Shown here one piece after another: positions 1-10,154 of a DNA stretch of 64,000 bases. Under the pieces are notes generated by a model that ran no database searches, was not told the origin of the DNA, and worked only from the letters and a program-made list of their open reading frames with translations. The stretch comes from a virus: positions 51,831 through 115,830 of the IMG/VR virus record IMGVR_UViG_3300032323_000716. One strand, written 5' to 3'. The position numbers and the translations under genes were made by a program. Numbering within the stretch: position 1 is the first letter of the stretch; every line of letters starts with the position of its first letter.

Positions 1-414
1 ATCTTTAAGATGCGGCAATTCTATAACATCACCTGAAATTAATTTTCTACCTATTTTTTCTACAGTATCTTGAATGTGAAAAGTTATGAATATAGTATCA
101 TTCTGTAAAAATAAACCAAACTGACTGAGATTAAAATCTGTATCTTGTATGTTATATGCGCCACGAAGTATATAAACATCGGGATCGTATTTTCTATCAC
201 GATTTTCTAAAAACAATAGATCCTGTATTTGTGTTACATCCGTGGTTGCATAATTAGGAGTAGACGGTGTGTCCCCCTGCACAGATACACCTGGTCCTAG
301 ATACCTGTGTAGAAGCACATCGGTGCCGCCCACTTGGAACATTTCCCAGACAGTTTTATCTATGAATTTAAAGTCGTTGCCCTTTTGCGGGCGATACAGC
401 GAAAGTCTTGGCAT
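1..414 (-). CDS. neck protein, T4 gp14-like (3' end truncated by window edge)
   Basis: Not in ORF track; read manually MPRLSLYRPQKGNDFKFIDK...GDVIELPHLKD, open to base 1; divergent from gp13-like gene; TAAATA 7 nt upstream. Confidence 0.6.
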   Translation of the reverse strand, partial: MPRLSLYRPQKGNDFKFIDKTVWEMFQVGGTDVLLHRYLGPGVSVQGDTPSTPNYATTDVTQIQDLLFLENRDRKYDPDVYILRGAYNIQDTDFNLSQFGLFLQNDTIFITFHIQDTVEKIGRKLISGDVIELPHLKD

Positions 415-447
415 AGTAGTATATTTACCGCTACGATAAATACTGTT

Positions 448-1206
448 ATGAGCAACATAGATCAAGCCCGCCAATCCGTATATGACTATTGTAAAACCAT
501 GCTGGGCGATGGTATGATAGACATAGAATTAGATCCTGTACATTATGAAACAGCATTAAATAGATCTTTGGGAGTTTTTCGTCAACGATCTGATAATGCT
601 GTGGAAGAAAGTTACGCTTTTTTGACCCTAACACAGGATCAAAACGACTATATTTTGCCCAAAGAAATACAACAGGTCAGACAGATCTATAGACGCAGTA
701 TTGGTTCTCGAACTGGAACAGGATCCGGCGGCACAGTATTTGAACCCTTTAACCTAGCCTACACAAATACCTATTTGTTAAGTTCAACTAACATGGGTGG
801 TTTGTTGACCTATGAATTATTCGCACAGTATCAAGAACTAGTAGGTAAGATGTTTGGCTCATTTATTAACTTCAGTTTCAATCCTCAAACTAGAAAACTT
901 ACAATTTTTCAAAGACCTAGAGGAGAAGAAGAAGTCATGCTTTGGGTGTATAATCAACGTCCAGATTTTGCTATCATTGAAGATACCTATGCAGGACAAT
1001 GGATCAAAGATTATAGTCTAGCAAACTGCAAAATGATGCTAGGGCAAGCCCGCGAAAAGTTTTCACAGATTGCAGGACCCACAGGCGGTTCAAGTCTAAA
1101 CGGTGCGGCTATGAAATCAGAAGCCACTACTGATTTGGATAGATTAACCAAAGAATTGGAAACACTGGTATCTGGTGGTCACGGATATACTTGGATAACC
1201 GGTTGA
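448..1206 (+). CDS. neck protein, T4 gp13-like
   Basis: Start moved to ATG448 (TAAATA-N5-ATG); IDIELD and WIKDYSLANCK...GG-LNG motifs typical of gp13 adaptors. Confidence 0.7.
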   Translation: MSNIDQARQSVYDYCKTMLGDGMIDIELDPVHYETALNRSLGVFRQRSDNAVEESYAFLTLTQDQNDYILPKEIQQVRQIYRRSIGSRTGTGSGGTVFEPFNLAYTNTYLLSSTNMGGLLTYELFAQYQELVGKMFGSFINFSFNPQTRKLTIFQRPRGEEEVMLWVYNQRPDFAIIEDTYAGQWIKDYSLANCKMMLGQAREKFSQIAGPTGGSSLNGAAMKSEATTDLDRLTKELETLVSGGHGYTWITG

Positions 1207-1232
1207 CATAATCTAAAACTATTTGTTATAAT
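1203..1232 (+). promoter_or_regulatory. sigma70-type promoter
   Basis: TTGACA-N18-TATAAT, GGAGG RBS downstream; -35 box overlaps upstream stop codon. Confidence 0.75.
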
Positions 1233-1252
1233 ATCCTTAATCGGAGGATATT

Positions 1253-1906
1253 ATGATCATAGGTATTTGCGGATTTATCGGCAGCGGCAAAGACACAGTC
1301 GCTGACTATCTTGTAAACTTTCACGAATTTAGACGAGAGTCATTTGCTAACACTCTTAAAGATGCTGTGAGTGCAGTGTTTGGTTGGGACCGAACCATGC
1401 TGGAAGGCAGAACTAAAGAAGCCAGAGAGTGGCGAGAGCAGGTAGATCCTTGGTGGGCTGCTAGACTTGATATGCCTACACTTACTCCTAGATGGGTACT
1501 ACAATATTGGGGTACAGAAGTATGCCGCAAAGCATTTCATGATGATATATGGATTGCTTCCCTAGAAAACAAAATTCGTAACTCGAAAGATCATGTGGTA
1601 ATTTCAGACTGCCGATTTCCCAACGAAATTAGTTCTATTAAAAATGCTGGTGGTCAAATAATTTGGGTACAGCGTGGTGAATTACCTGATTGGTATGATG
1701 TTGCTATAGATGCTAACCGTGGTAGTAATGTAGCGTTGAATGAACTTAAGATGCGTAAGATCCATGCTAGTGAAACTGCTTGGGTTGGCACAGACTTCGA
1801 TCATGTTATTGAAAATGACGGTGATATTTCTGATCTCTATACAAAGATTGCTTCAGTAATCAGCAATGAGGTCTCCTTGACGCCAGGTAATGCCCTCCTT
1901 GCCTAG
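1253..1906 (+). CDS. deoxynucleoside monophosphate kinase (T4 gp1-like)
   Basis: GFIGSGKDT P-loop, R..LQ.WGTE, VISDCRFPNE, HASE motifs. Confidence 0.9.
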   Translation: MIIGICGFIGSGKDTVADYLVNFHEFRRESFANTLKDAVSAVFGWDRTMLEGRTKEAREWREQVDPWWAARLDMPTLTPRWVLQYWGTEVCRKAFHDDIWIASLENKIRNSKDHVVISDCRFPNEISSIKNAGGQIIWVQRGELPDWYDVAIDANRGSNVALNELKMRKIHASETAWVGTDFDHVIENDGDISDLYTKIASVISNEVSLTPGNALLA

Positions 1907-2191
1907 AGTTTGGGCGCAGTTAGCACATACAGTTTTTAAGTTACTGGTTCTGCAGTTGTCGAGGTTTCCGTCTACATGAAACACTCGAAATACCTCTTTG
2001 TGCGGACTGCGGAACCCGCATTTATCGCAGGTATTTTTCATCCTATAGCCTGATCTGTACCACCTAGGTATACCATGATAATCTCCATGGGTTAAACAGG
2101 CTTCGCAGAGACTACGATAATAGATCCTATTGCCTTTTTTATAGTTTATGGCTTTGGGTCTTAGGCTACATTTGGCGCAAAGTGGTCTCAT
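1853..2191 (-). CDS. zinc-binding HNH-like protein
   Basis: CxxC pairs, HVDGN..N...NL..VCANC; start ATG2191 with TAAATA-N5. Confidence 0.65.
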   Translation of the reverse strand: MRPLCAKCSLRPKAINYKKGNRIYYRSLCEACLTHGDYHGIPRWYRSGYRMKNTCDKCGFRSPHKEVFRVFHVDGNLDNCRTSNLKTVCANCAQTLGKEGITWRQGDLIADY

Positions 2192-2296
2192 AAAATTATT
2201 TACACCTTTTCTTCCCCTTTTTAAATAAGGCATAGACAGCCGTTTTTGGCAATAGCCGCTAAATAATATGAGCAACTATTACCAGGAGATTAGGGA

Positions 2297-5200
2297 ATGG
2301 CACTAACATCACCAGGCGTACAAGTTACGGTAATTGACGAGAGTTTTTATACACCAGCAGAACCTGGTACTACTCCTCTTATTGTAATCGCTACAGCACA
2401 GGATAAATCAAATGCAGCAGGCACCGGCACTGCTGTAGGCACTACAGCCTCGAATGTCAATAAAGCATTCAAGATTACTAGCCAGAGGGAACTTGTAGAT
2501 ACCTTTGGTGTTCCATTTTTTGAACAGACTGCATCAGCAAGTCCTGTACACGGTGGAGAACGAAACGAATACGGTTTATTAGCAGCATACAGTTACCTAG
2601 GGGTAAGCAATGCAGCATTTATAGTTCGTGCAGACGTTGATCTAGCAGAACTAGCAGGACAAACATCCGCCCCGGGAGCAGAGCCAGCAAATGGCAAATG
2701 GTGGTTAGATACATTGTCAACATCTTGGGGTATCCAAGAGTGGAATGGCGCTGCATCGACTGTGGTTGGCGGTCAAAAATTCGCTAACAAAGTTCCGTTG
2801 GTTTTAACTGACGAAGATTTTAGCAAGTTAGACGGTGATCCTTTTGACCCTTTACCATCAGTAGGATCTGTGGGAGACTATGCAATAGTAGCACAAACTA
2901 TTGGCGCCGACTCCCCAGTAGAAACCAAAGAAAATATCAAATTATGGTATAAGAGTGCAGGCAATGGCGGCCTAGGCGACCGAGGCGTTACTGCAGGTAC
3001 TTGGGTACTAGTTGGTTCACCAGAATGGAAAGCCAGCCACCCAGCAGTTCAAGGCACTACAGCAGTATCAAGTGCTGTATCACACGATAATTTAGTTCTT
3101 AATGGCACGCCGATCACTGCAGGAAGTAGATCGGCCTCTACGTTGGCCACTGCAATTAATGGTCTAGCACCAGTTGGTATTTCTGCACAAGCAGTTAACA
3201 ACAGATTGTATATCTATTCAGATGGTACTTCAGTATCAGACGGTAGCACAACATCAGTAGACGGAGCATTAACTTTAGAAGGTAATTGGACACCGTTCGG
3301 TATTACCGCAGGTACATATTACTCACCTAAATTACAACAAACTCCTCATACACAGGTTCCTGCATTTAAGTCAACAGACGGTGCACCAAGACCAACAGGA
3401 TCAGTTTGGATTAAGACAACAACCCCAAATAGCGGTTCTAGATGGGTAATCAAGCGTTGGAATAGTGCAACTCAATTATGGGTAAGTTATTCTGCTCCTT
3501 TATATGCAACTACTAATTCTGCATTATACGGTTTAGATCGTAGCGGTGGTGGTATCAATATTGATCAAGAAGAAATTTTTGTACAAACTAATGCTACTGA
3601 AAGCAGCGGCAATGACAACAGTCCAGATACAGCAGAATATAGAATTTGGAGACGTGGCGGCCAAGGTGCTACAACTATCGAATCTGGTATTATTACAACA
3701 GCCACTTTCGGTACAGTTTCAGGTAATAGTTTTACTTTAAAACAAAGCCATCCTGGCTACGAAAGTTTGATTCAAACCACAGTTACTTTTAATTCAGCCA
3801 GTGATGCAGAAAGTGATGCACAGGCATTTGCAGCAGCAATTAACTCGGCAAACTTTGGATTTGATAATACTGATCCAGCCAGCCCTATTGCTTACACAAA
3901 TTATATCACAGCAGAAGTTACAGCAACTAACACAGTGATAGTAAGACATACAGCCGGCGGCGACATTAGATTCACAGACGGCACTGGAACTCCTATTGTT
4001 TCAGCATTTGGAACTGGTTACAGTCTTGAAGACCAAGATGGCACAGTTAACTTTTATGCATCAGGCAACGGAACAGAGTATATCGCAACTTTGTGGAAAC
4101 CGTTGGCCACAGAAAACTTTGCTGCTCAAGGAGATCAACCTCTAGCAGAAGCAGCCGACGGACAATTATGGTACAATCCTAATTTCTCTGAAGTTGATAT
4201 TATGGTTCATAATGGTAACACATGGGTTGGCTATAAGAACACACATTCATTATACACAGGAACTGATCCAGAAGGTGCTATTGTAAGTGCCAGCGAACCA
4301 ACAGCGCAGAGCGACGGCACAGCACTAGTAGATAACGATCTATGGATTAGTACAGCAGATCTTGAAAATTATCCTGCTATCTACAGATATACAAATGCAG
4401 GAACAACTTCTGCAGCATGGACATTGATTGATAAAACCGATCAAACCACAGAAGACGGTATCCTGTTTGCAGATGCTCGTTGGAATACTGACGGCGGATC
4501 AGGCGATGCAACTATTATTGAATTGCTAACCAGCAATTTCTTAGACTTTGATGCTCCAGATCCTGCACTATATCCAAAAGGTATGTTACTATGGAACCTA
4601 CGTAGAAGCGGTGGTAACGTTAAGCGTTATCAAAACAACTACGTTAATACAGCAGAAAACAATCCAAGATTCCAAGCGTCAAGAGCAGCAAATGGTTTAG
4701 ATCCTATTCTAGGCGATGCAATGACATCTTATTGGTCTGATCGTTGGACTACTGCTTCTCCAAACAACGAAGACGGTTCAGGATCATTTGGTCGCAAGGC
4801 TCAACGTGCTTTAGTTGTACAAAAACTAAAGAGCACAATTGATACAAGTTCAGAGATTCGCGACGAAGAGCGCAGAAACTTTAACTTAATTGCTTGCCCA
4901 GGATATCCAGAGACTCTAAGTAACTTGATTAACTTGAACTTAGATCGTGGCCTAACAGCGTTCGTAGTTGGTGACACACCATTGCGCTTGCCAGCAGATG
5001 CTACAAGCCTAACAGCATGGGGTACTAACGCTAATGGCGCATTAGACAACGGCGATACTGGCATTGTTAGTTACGATGAATATTGTGCTGTTTATTATCC
5101 AAACGGATTTACCACAGACCTAGGCGGTTCAAACGCAGTTGTTCCAGCATCGCACATGATGCTAAGAACAATCGCCCTAAGCGATCAAGTTTCTTATCCA

Positions 5201-5725
5201 TGGTTTGCACCAGCAGGCACACGTCGTGGCGGTATTACTAACGCAACAGCAGTTGGTTATATCGATTCTAATACTGGTGAATTCCAAAGCATAGCATTGA
5301 ATGAAGGTCAACGTGATACATTGTATGATCTAAAGGTAAATCCAATTCCGTTCTTTGTTGGTGTTGGTTTAGTTGCCTATGGTCAAAAGACTCGTGCAAG
5401 AAACGCAAGTGCATTGGATCGTATCAACGTAGCACGTTTGGTAGTATATCTACGCAGCCAATTACAAAAACTGGCTCGTCCATATATCTTTGAACCAAAT
5501 GATAAGATTACCAGAGACGAAATTAAAGGTGCAGTAGAAAGTCTATTGTTAGAATTGGTAGGCTTAAGAGCACTTTATGACTTTGCTGTGGTCTGCGATG
5601 AATCAAACAACACTGATGCTAGAATCGATCGTAATGAATTGTATGTAGATATTGCTATCGAGCCAACCAAAGCAGTTGAGTTCATCTACATACCATTGCG
5701 TATTAAGAACACAGGAGAGATTTAA
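2297..5725 (+). CDS. tail sheath protein (gp18-like), 1142 aa with large insertions
   Basis: N-term SPGVQVTVIDES; C-term WFAPAG.RRG, DRINVARL, FEPND, VVCDESNN, EFIYI. Confidence 0.95.
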   Translation: MALTSPGVQVTVIDESFYTPAEPGTTPLIVIATAQDKSNAAGTGTAVGTTASNVNKAFKITSQRELVDTFGVPFFEQTASASPVHGGERNEYGLLAAYSYLGVSNAAFIVRADVDLAELAGQTSAPGAEPANGKWWLDTLSTSWGIQEWNGAASTVVGGQKFANKVPLVLTDEDFSKLDGDPFDPLPSVGSVGDYAIVAQTIGADSPVETKENIKLWYKSAGNGGLGDRGVTAGTWVLVGSPEWKASHPAVQGTTAVSSAVSHDNLVLNGTPITAGSRSASTLATAINGLAPVGISAQAVNNRLYIYSDGTSVSDGSTTSVDGALTLEGNWTPFGITAGTYYSPKLQQTPHTQVPAFKSTDGAPRPTGSVWIKTTTPNSGSRWVIKRWNSATQLWVSYSAPLYATTNSALYGLDRSGGGINIDQEEIFVQTNATESSGNDNSPDTAEYRIWRRGGQGATTIESGIITTATFGTVSGNSFTLKQSHPGYESLIQTTVTFNSASDAESDAQAFAAAINSANFGFDNTDPASPIAYTNYITAEVTATNTVIVRHTAGGDIRFTDGTGTPIVSAFGTGYSLEDQDGTVNFYASGNGTEYIATLWKPLATENFAAQGDQPLAEAADGQLWYNPNFSEVDIMVHNGNTWVGYKNTHSLYTGTDPEGAIVSASEPTAQSDGTALVDNDLWISTADLENYPAIYRYTNAGTTSAAWTLIDKTDQTTEDGILFADARWNTDGGSGDATIIELLTSNFLDFDAPDPALYPKGMLLWNLRRSGGNVKRYQNNYVNTAENNPRFQASRAANGLDPILGDAMTSYWSDRWTTASPNNEDGSGSFGRKAQRALVVQKLKSTIDTSSEIRDEERRNFNLIACPGYPETLSNLINLNLDRGLTAFVVGDTPLRLPADATSLTAWGTNANGALDNGDTGIVSYDEYCAVYYPNGFTTDLGGSNAVVPASHMMLRTIALSDQVSYPWFAPAGTRRGGITNATAVGYIDSNTGEFQSIALNEGQRDTLYDLKVNPIPFFVGVGLVAYGQKTRARNASALDRINVARLVVYLRSQLQKLARPYIFEPNDKITRDEIKGAVESLLLELVGLRALYDFAVVCDESNNTDARIDRNELYVDIAIEPTKAVEFIYIPLRIKNTGEI

Positions 5726-5727
5726 AA

Positions 5728-6369
5728 ATGGCACTAACTTCACTTAATAGAATTTCAGTTCCGACTAGTAACGGCAACAGCGGCACCGCGCTGCTGATGC
5801 CTAAACTACAGTATCGCTTTAGAGTGATATTGTTAGGTTTCGGAGTAGAGGCCAGCACCGAATTGACCAAACAGGTCAGCGATGTAAAACGTCCTACAGT
5901 GACTTTTGAAGAGATGGAAATTCCTATCTACAATTCAAAAGTTAAACTAGCAGGTAAACCAAACTGGGATGATGTAACCATTAACCTACGTGATGATGCT
6001 AACGGCCAAGTTCAGAAACTAGTTGGTCAGCAGATTCAGAAACAATTTGATTTCATGGAACAGGCAAGTGCTCGTTCAGGTATCGATTATAAGTTCCAAA
6101 CTAACATTGAAATGTTAGATGGCGGTAACGGTGCTTTAGAACCAAGCATCCTTGAGAAGTGGGAACTATATGGTTGTTTCTTATCTAGCGTCGACTACGG
6201 TGAGGCTAATTATGCTAACAACGAGCCAATGACTGTCGCACTAACATTGAAATATGATAATGCTGTGCAGTTTGCTGGTGCAAATGGAGCAGGTCCAGAG
6301 CGTGGCATTGGTGCAGTAGTAGGAAGAACACTAGGCGAAGCAGTAACAGGAAGAAGCGGCGCAGCCTAA
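5728..6369 (+). CDS. tail tube protein (gp19-like)
   Basis: Follows sheath; PKLQYRFRV, KLAGKPNWDDVTINLRDD, WELYGCF motifs. Confidence 0.85.
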   Translation: MALTSLNRISVPTSNGNSGTALLMPKLQYRFRVILLGFGVEASTELTKQVSDVKRPTVTFEEMEIPIYNSKVKLAGKPNWDDVTINLRDDANGQVQKLVGQQIQKQFDFMEQASARSGIDYKFQTNIEMLDGGNGALEPSILEKWELYGCFLSSVDYGEANYANNEPMTVALTLKYDNAVQFAGANGAGPERGIGAVVGRTLGEAVTGRSGAA

Positions 6370-6390
6370 TAGTCTTATTGACTAATAAAG

Positions 6391-6415
6391 AACCCGGACT
6401 TTTCCGGGTTTTTTT
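6391..6415 (+). terminator. rho-independent terminator
   Basis: AACCCGGA-cttt-TCCGGGTT stem plus T-run after tail tube gene. Confidence 0.85.
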
Positions 6416-6432
6416 ATGGCATAAATATTTGT

Positions 6433-7515
6433 ATGGCCAATAAATTTACAAGATTTCTTACCGGTGTCGGCGACGGACTACTTAAACCCAAAGGTGGTCT
6501 AGCCGATTGGCGACACGCATCGAGACTGTTTTTAGACAACGGTTATCGATTAGCGCCTCGTACCAAATTTCTATACTATGTGAGATTTGAAATAGATAAA
6601 AATATTCTTACATCTCCGGTGTTTAGCAATAAACACGCAGACGAGATTGGTTATTTGATTAAGACCACAGACTTACCTAAATTTAAATTTGAAACTGTAA
6701 CAAAGAATCAATACAATCGCAAAAAGATTTTCTACAAAAATTTCTCATACGATGCTATCGATATGACGTTTCATGATGATAGTGCTGGCGTAATAAATGC
6801 GTTATGGGCATTGTATATGGGATCATATGTGCAGGATAGACACAATCCAGATAGGGCATTTTTTAAAACAGCACTAAGGCCCGAAGGCTCAGTGGTTGAC
6901 AGTTTTCGTTATGGTCTAGACCGACAAGGTCGTAGCACAGACTTTTTTAAATCTATTAGCATCTATACAATGAGCCGTAGAAGATTTCTCGGGTACACAT
7001 TGCTTAATCCAAAAATTACGTCCTGGAATCACGGTAATATGGATTATGCCGCCAGTGAATTTAACGAAAATTCTATGACTATAGAATATGAATCTGTAGC
7101 ATATAGCACAGGTAATGTTTCTAGAAATAGTCCAAAGGGATTCGCTAATCTCTATTATGATAATGTACCTAGTCCGTTGTCAGTGGCTGGTGGCGGTACA
7201 GCCACACTATTAGGCGAAGGCGGCGTACTTGACGGATTAGAATCCATATTCGGCGATGTTGCAGGCGGTGGAGCATTTGGTAGTGTAGGAGGTTTCTTAG
7301 GTACTGCTATTAAAACTATTAATACTGCAAAAAATTTCAAGAGTCTTTCTAAAGAAGGTCTAAGACAAGAAGCCATCAATGTATTAGCAAGTCCCACAAC
7401 ATTAAGAAACACAGTTAATACTATAGGAGGAGTTGTAGGTGCTGCTTTTCCTAAAAATTCTGGTACTGAAACTACTACAACAGCATCTCAGAAAAATCTA
7501 TTAGGAGGAGATTAA
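6433..7515 (+). CDS. tail-tube-like baseplate/tube initiator protein
   Basis: Tube-fold-like motifs (LPKFKFET, MTFHDD, MTIEYE), Gly-rich C-terminus, position after tube. Confidence 0.55.
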   Translation: MANKFTRFLTGVGDGLLKPKGGLADWRHASRLFLDNGYRLAPRTKFLYYVRFEIDKNILTSPVFSNKHADEIGYLIKTTDLPKFKFETVTKNQYNRKKIFYKNFSYDAIDMTFHDDSAGVINALWALYMGSYVQDRHNPDRAFFKTALRPEGSVVDSFRYGLDRQGRSTDFFKSISIYTMSRRRFLGYTLLNPKITSWNHGNMDYAASEFNENSMTIEYESVAYSTGNVSRNSPKGFANLYYDNVPSPLSVAGGGTATLLGEGGVLDGLESIFGDVAGGGAFGSVGGFLGTAIKTINTAKNFKSLSKEGLRQEAINVLASPTTLRNTVNTIGGVVGAAFPKNSGTETTTTASQKNLLGGD

Positions 7516-7516
7516 T

Positions 7517-7888
7517 ATGGCATTGACCAATCTTCCAATTAAACAAGATGCTGACAGTGCATCCGCCACTAAAGCATTTTTTGAAACATACGGCAATCTA
7601 CAATTAGAATTTACAGCCAACGAAGTTTCTGCTGCTATAGCCTTTTTTCAAAGCAGAGGCTTTTCAGACGACGCTGCTATAATTACTGCACAGGTATTAT
7701 TGCAGCAGGCTAAGATTGATGGGGTGTCAGTGTTTAAAATATTAGATACACTAAAAACTTTTGACGGTGTGCAGATTAGCGCACTGGTAGCCGAAATATT
7801 AAATAACAACAGAAACATAACCAGCGTACTAGGTTACAAAGTAGTTTCTGTTGAAAAACAAAATCAAACAAGAAATATCTATGCCTAA
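7517..7888 (+). CDS. hypothetical protein
   Basis: 123-aa ORF with AGGAG RBS in structural operon. Confidence 0.6.
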   Translation: MALTNLPIKQDADSASATKAFFETYGNLQLEFTANEVSAAIAFFQSRGFSDDAAIITAQVLLQQAKIDGVSVFKILDTLKTFDGVQISALVAEILNNNRNITSVLGYKVVSVEKQNQTRNIYA

Positions 7889-8321
7889 ATTTGCTCAGGG
7901 TCGCTTTGAAATGAAGAACCCTGACAAGTATGTAGGGAAGAAAACTCCACTGGCTCGCAGTAGTTGGGAATTTGTTTTCATGCGTATGTTAGATGAACAC
8001 CCCGGAGTAGAAAATTGGGCTAGTGAAAGTATACAAATACCTTACAGAGATCCGCTGACTGGCAGATATACAATTTATGTTCCTGATTTTTTTATAGTAT
8101 ATAAAGATAAAAACGGAAAAAAACATGCAGAAGTAGTAGAAGTTAAACCTAGCAATCAAATGATGTTAGAACGTGTGGGTAAGAGTCTTTATAATCAAGA
8201 ACAATACATAAAAAATATGGCTAAATGGGAAGCCGCAAATGCTTGGTGTAAACAGCAGAGCGTGAAATTTCGAGTAATTAACGAAGATGACATTTTCCAT
8301 CAAGGTGGGAAACGCAGATAA
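7881..8321 (+). CDS. head completion nuclease (gp4-like, TnsA-type)
   Basis: NPDKYVG, RSSWE, WASE, YVPDF, EVKP, KWEAA motifs; start ATG7881. Confidence 0.85.
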   Translation: MPKFAQGRFEMKNPDKYVGKKTPLARSSWEFVFMRMLDEHPGVENWASESIQIPYRDPLTGRYTIYVPDFFIVYKDKNGKKHAEVVEVKPSNQMMLERVGKSLYNQEQYIKNMAKWEAANAWCKQQSVKFRVINEDDIFHQGGKRR

Positions 8322-8328
8322 GTATAGT

Positions 8329-8808
8329 ATGACTAAAAAATTAGAAGAATTATTTAATCTAGAATCTGATGCCGAAAAGCCCACTGAAGTTGTAGAGCCA
8401 GTCAAAGAGCATCAGGAAGTTCGAAGCCTTGATGAAAGTTACAAAGCAGTGGCTGAAATAACCAAAGGTTTACCACAGATTAAAGAATTGGACGAATTAG
8501 ACGATAAAGAATTAGACAGTCTAGCAAAAAAAGCAGAAGACGCCTATGATGATCTTATGGATTTAGGCATGAATGTGGAAGTTAGGTATAGCGGACGTAT
8601 TTTTGAAGTAGCGGGAACTATGTTAAAAAACGCTATAGATGCTAAATCCGCTAAAATAGAGAAAAAATTAAAAGCAGTTGATCTTCAGTTGAAAAAGTAT
8701 AAGATAGATAAAGACAACAACGAAGACCCTAACGATGTTATTAACGGACAGGGTTACATCATAACAGATCGTAACGAACTGCTGAAAAAACTAGGCAATA
8801 AGGAATAA
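8329..8808 (+). CDS. putative terminase small subunit
   Basis: Helical/coiled-coil protein with RIFEVA motif and C-terminal ITDRNELLK, upstream of terL. Confidence 0.45.
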   Translation: MTKKLEELFNLESDAEKPTEVVEPVKEHQEVRSLDESYKAVAEITKGLPQIKELDELDDKELDSLAKKAEDAYDDLMDLGMNVEVRYSGRIFEVAGTMLKNAIDAKSAKIEKKLKAVDLQLKKYKIDKDNNEDPNDVINGQGYIITDRNELLKKLGNKE

Positions 8809-8816
8809 ATACACAT

Positions 8817-9383
8817 ATGAAAAGTTTTAGACAATATCTTGCCGAAAGCCAAAAAGTTTACAGTTTTAAGGTAAAAGTTGCGGGCGAACTTCCTGAGAAA
8901 TTTCAAGAAGGCCTAAAAAATCGCCTTGATCGCTGTAAAGTGTTAACACTAGAAAAAATCACTACAACTCCTATACAAAAGTTGCCTTTAGATTTTCCAG
9001 GAATGGAAAACAAAGAAGTACATGTATTCGAAGTAATTTGTGAATATCCTATTACCGGTCCAGAAATCATTCAAGACATCAAAGGTATGGGAATAGACGA
9101 AGCATGTTTCAGAGTAAGAGGCAGCAGCGAGCCTTCAGAAGAAGAACAAGTTATTGCTACTAGCGAAACAAAAAGCGAAGCACTATTAAGTGAAACAGAT
9201 CTTGATAAAAACTCAGGCAAGGTCAAACACAAAGATTATTTTGGTGATGATTTTAATAAGTCATTTCTAAAAGATTTAGAAAAATCAAGCAAGGCCCGTA
9301 AAAAAGATCAGGGACAGGCTGAATATAAACTGCCCAAGGCCAAGATCGACAAAGTAGGTACTAAGAGCCCAATGGGGAGTTAA
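8817..9383 (+). CDS. hypothetical protein, possible head-internal protein
   Basis: N-term MKSFRQYLAE resembles T4 capsid-targeting sequence; late promoter. Confidence 0.5.
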   Translation: MKSFRQYLAESQKVYSFKVKVAGELPEKFQEGLKNRLDRCKVLTLEKITTTPIQKLPLDFPGMENKEVHVFEVICEYPITGPEIIQDIKGMGIDEACFRVRGSSEPSEEEQVIATSETKSEALLSETDLDKNSGKVKHKDYFGDDFNKSFLKDLEKSSKARKKDQGQAEYKLPKAKIDKVGTKSPMGS

Positions 9384-9385
9384 TT

Positions 9386-10084
9386 ATGAATTTTCAAGAA
9401 TTATTAGCAAAGATGCAGCAGTTAGATCGACCTGCATCTACAGTAGAACAAATAACAGATGAGATGGGATGCGGCGATATGTCATCATCTATGCCACCAT
9501 CTATGCCACCGGCCAATGAGCCTCCTGTGGCTCCCCCTAGCATGAGCATTAATTTAAATGCTCAAGGTATGGACAACATTGAAGATCTAATGAAGTTGGT
9601 AACTAAAGTAAATCCAGACATGGATAAGCCTAACCTTCCTCCTTTACCTTCTATGGGCGACATGCCAAGCATTGCTTCAATTAAACCTGCTATGCCTCCT
9701 TTGAAGATGCTGCCAGATTTAGACAGCGAACCAGAAGGCGATCACCCAGAACCAGATGCAGATAATAAAATTGATGTTATTCAGAAGTCTATGGGAGATA
9801 TCGACGGTGACGGCGACCATGACATGGATGATCATGATGCTGAGAAGAAAGATAAGAAAGACGAAAAAGAAGCGTTTGGTAACTCACCAATCGGTGGTTC
9901 AGAGCCTGAGACAAAAGGGCTTGATGCTGCAATACCCGATGGCGACGATCTAAATAAACCTAAGAAGAGTTACAGCGATAAACCATATCGCGGTGATAAT
10001 CCAATGTCTACAGAAAGTGTTGATCTAAGAGCACAGATTCGTGCAGAACTGCAACGTAGATTAAACGAAGCAAAAAAATCTTAA
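9386..10084 (+). CDS. acidic Pro/Met-rich low-complexity protein
   Basis: 232-aa ORF, DIDGDGDHD EF-hand-like loop. Confidence 0.55.
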   Translation: MNFQELLAKMQQLDRPASTVEQITDEMGCGDMSSSMPPSMPPANEPPVAPPSMSINLNAQGMDNIEDLMKLVTKVNPDMDKPNLPPLPSMGDMPSIASIKPAMPPLKMLPDLDSEPEGDHPEPDADNKIDVIQKSMGDIDGDGDHDMDDHDAEKKDKKDEKEAFGNSPIGGSEPETKGLDAAIPDGDDLNKPKKSYSDKPYRGDNPMSTESVDLRAQIRAELQRRLNEAKKS

Positions 10085-10112
10085 AATAAAAAATGCGTGA
10101 TACACGCTAATC

Positions 10113-10140
10113 AAATAGGCTCTCCGGGGCCTATTTTTTT
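10113..10140 (+). terminator. rho-independent terminator
   Basis: AAATAGGC-tctccggg-GCCTATTT plus T-run. Confidence 0.75.
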
Positions 10141-10154
10141 CAGTAAATAATTGT

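Noticed and set aside
1853-2191. HNH-like and GIY-YIG (61912) ORFs as mobile homing endonucleases
   Set aside because: Both are minimal single domains lacking extra DNA-binding modules and do not interrupt a gene; mobility is unsupported.
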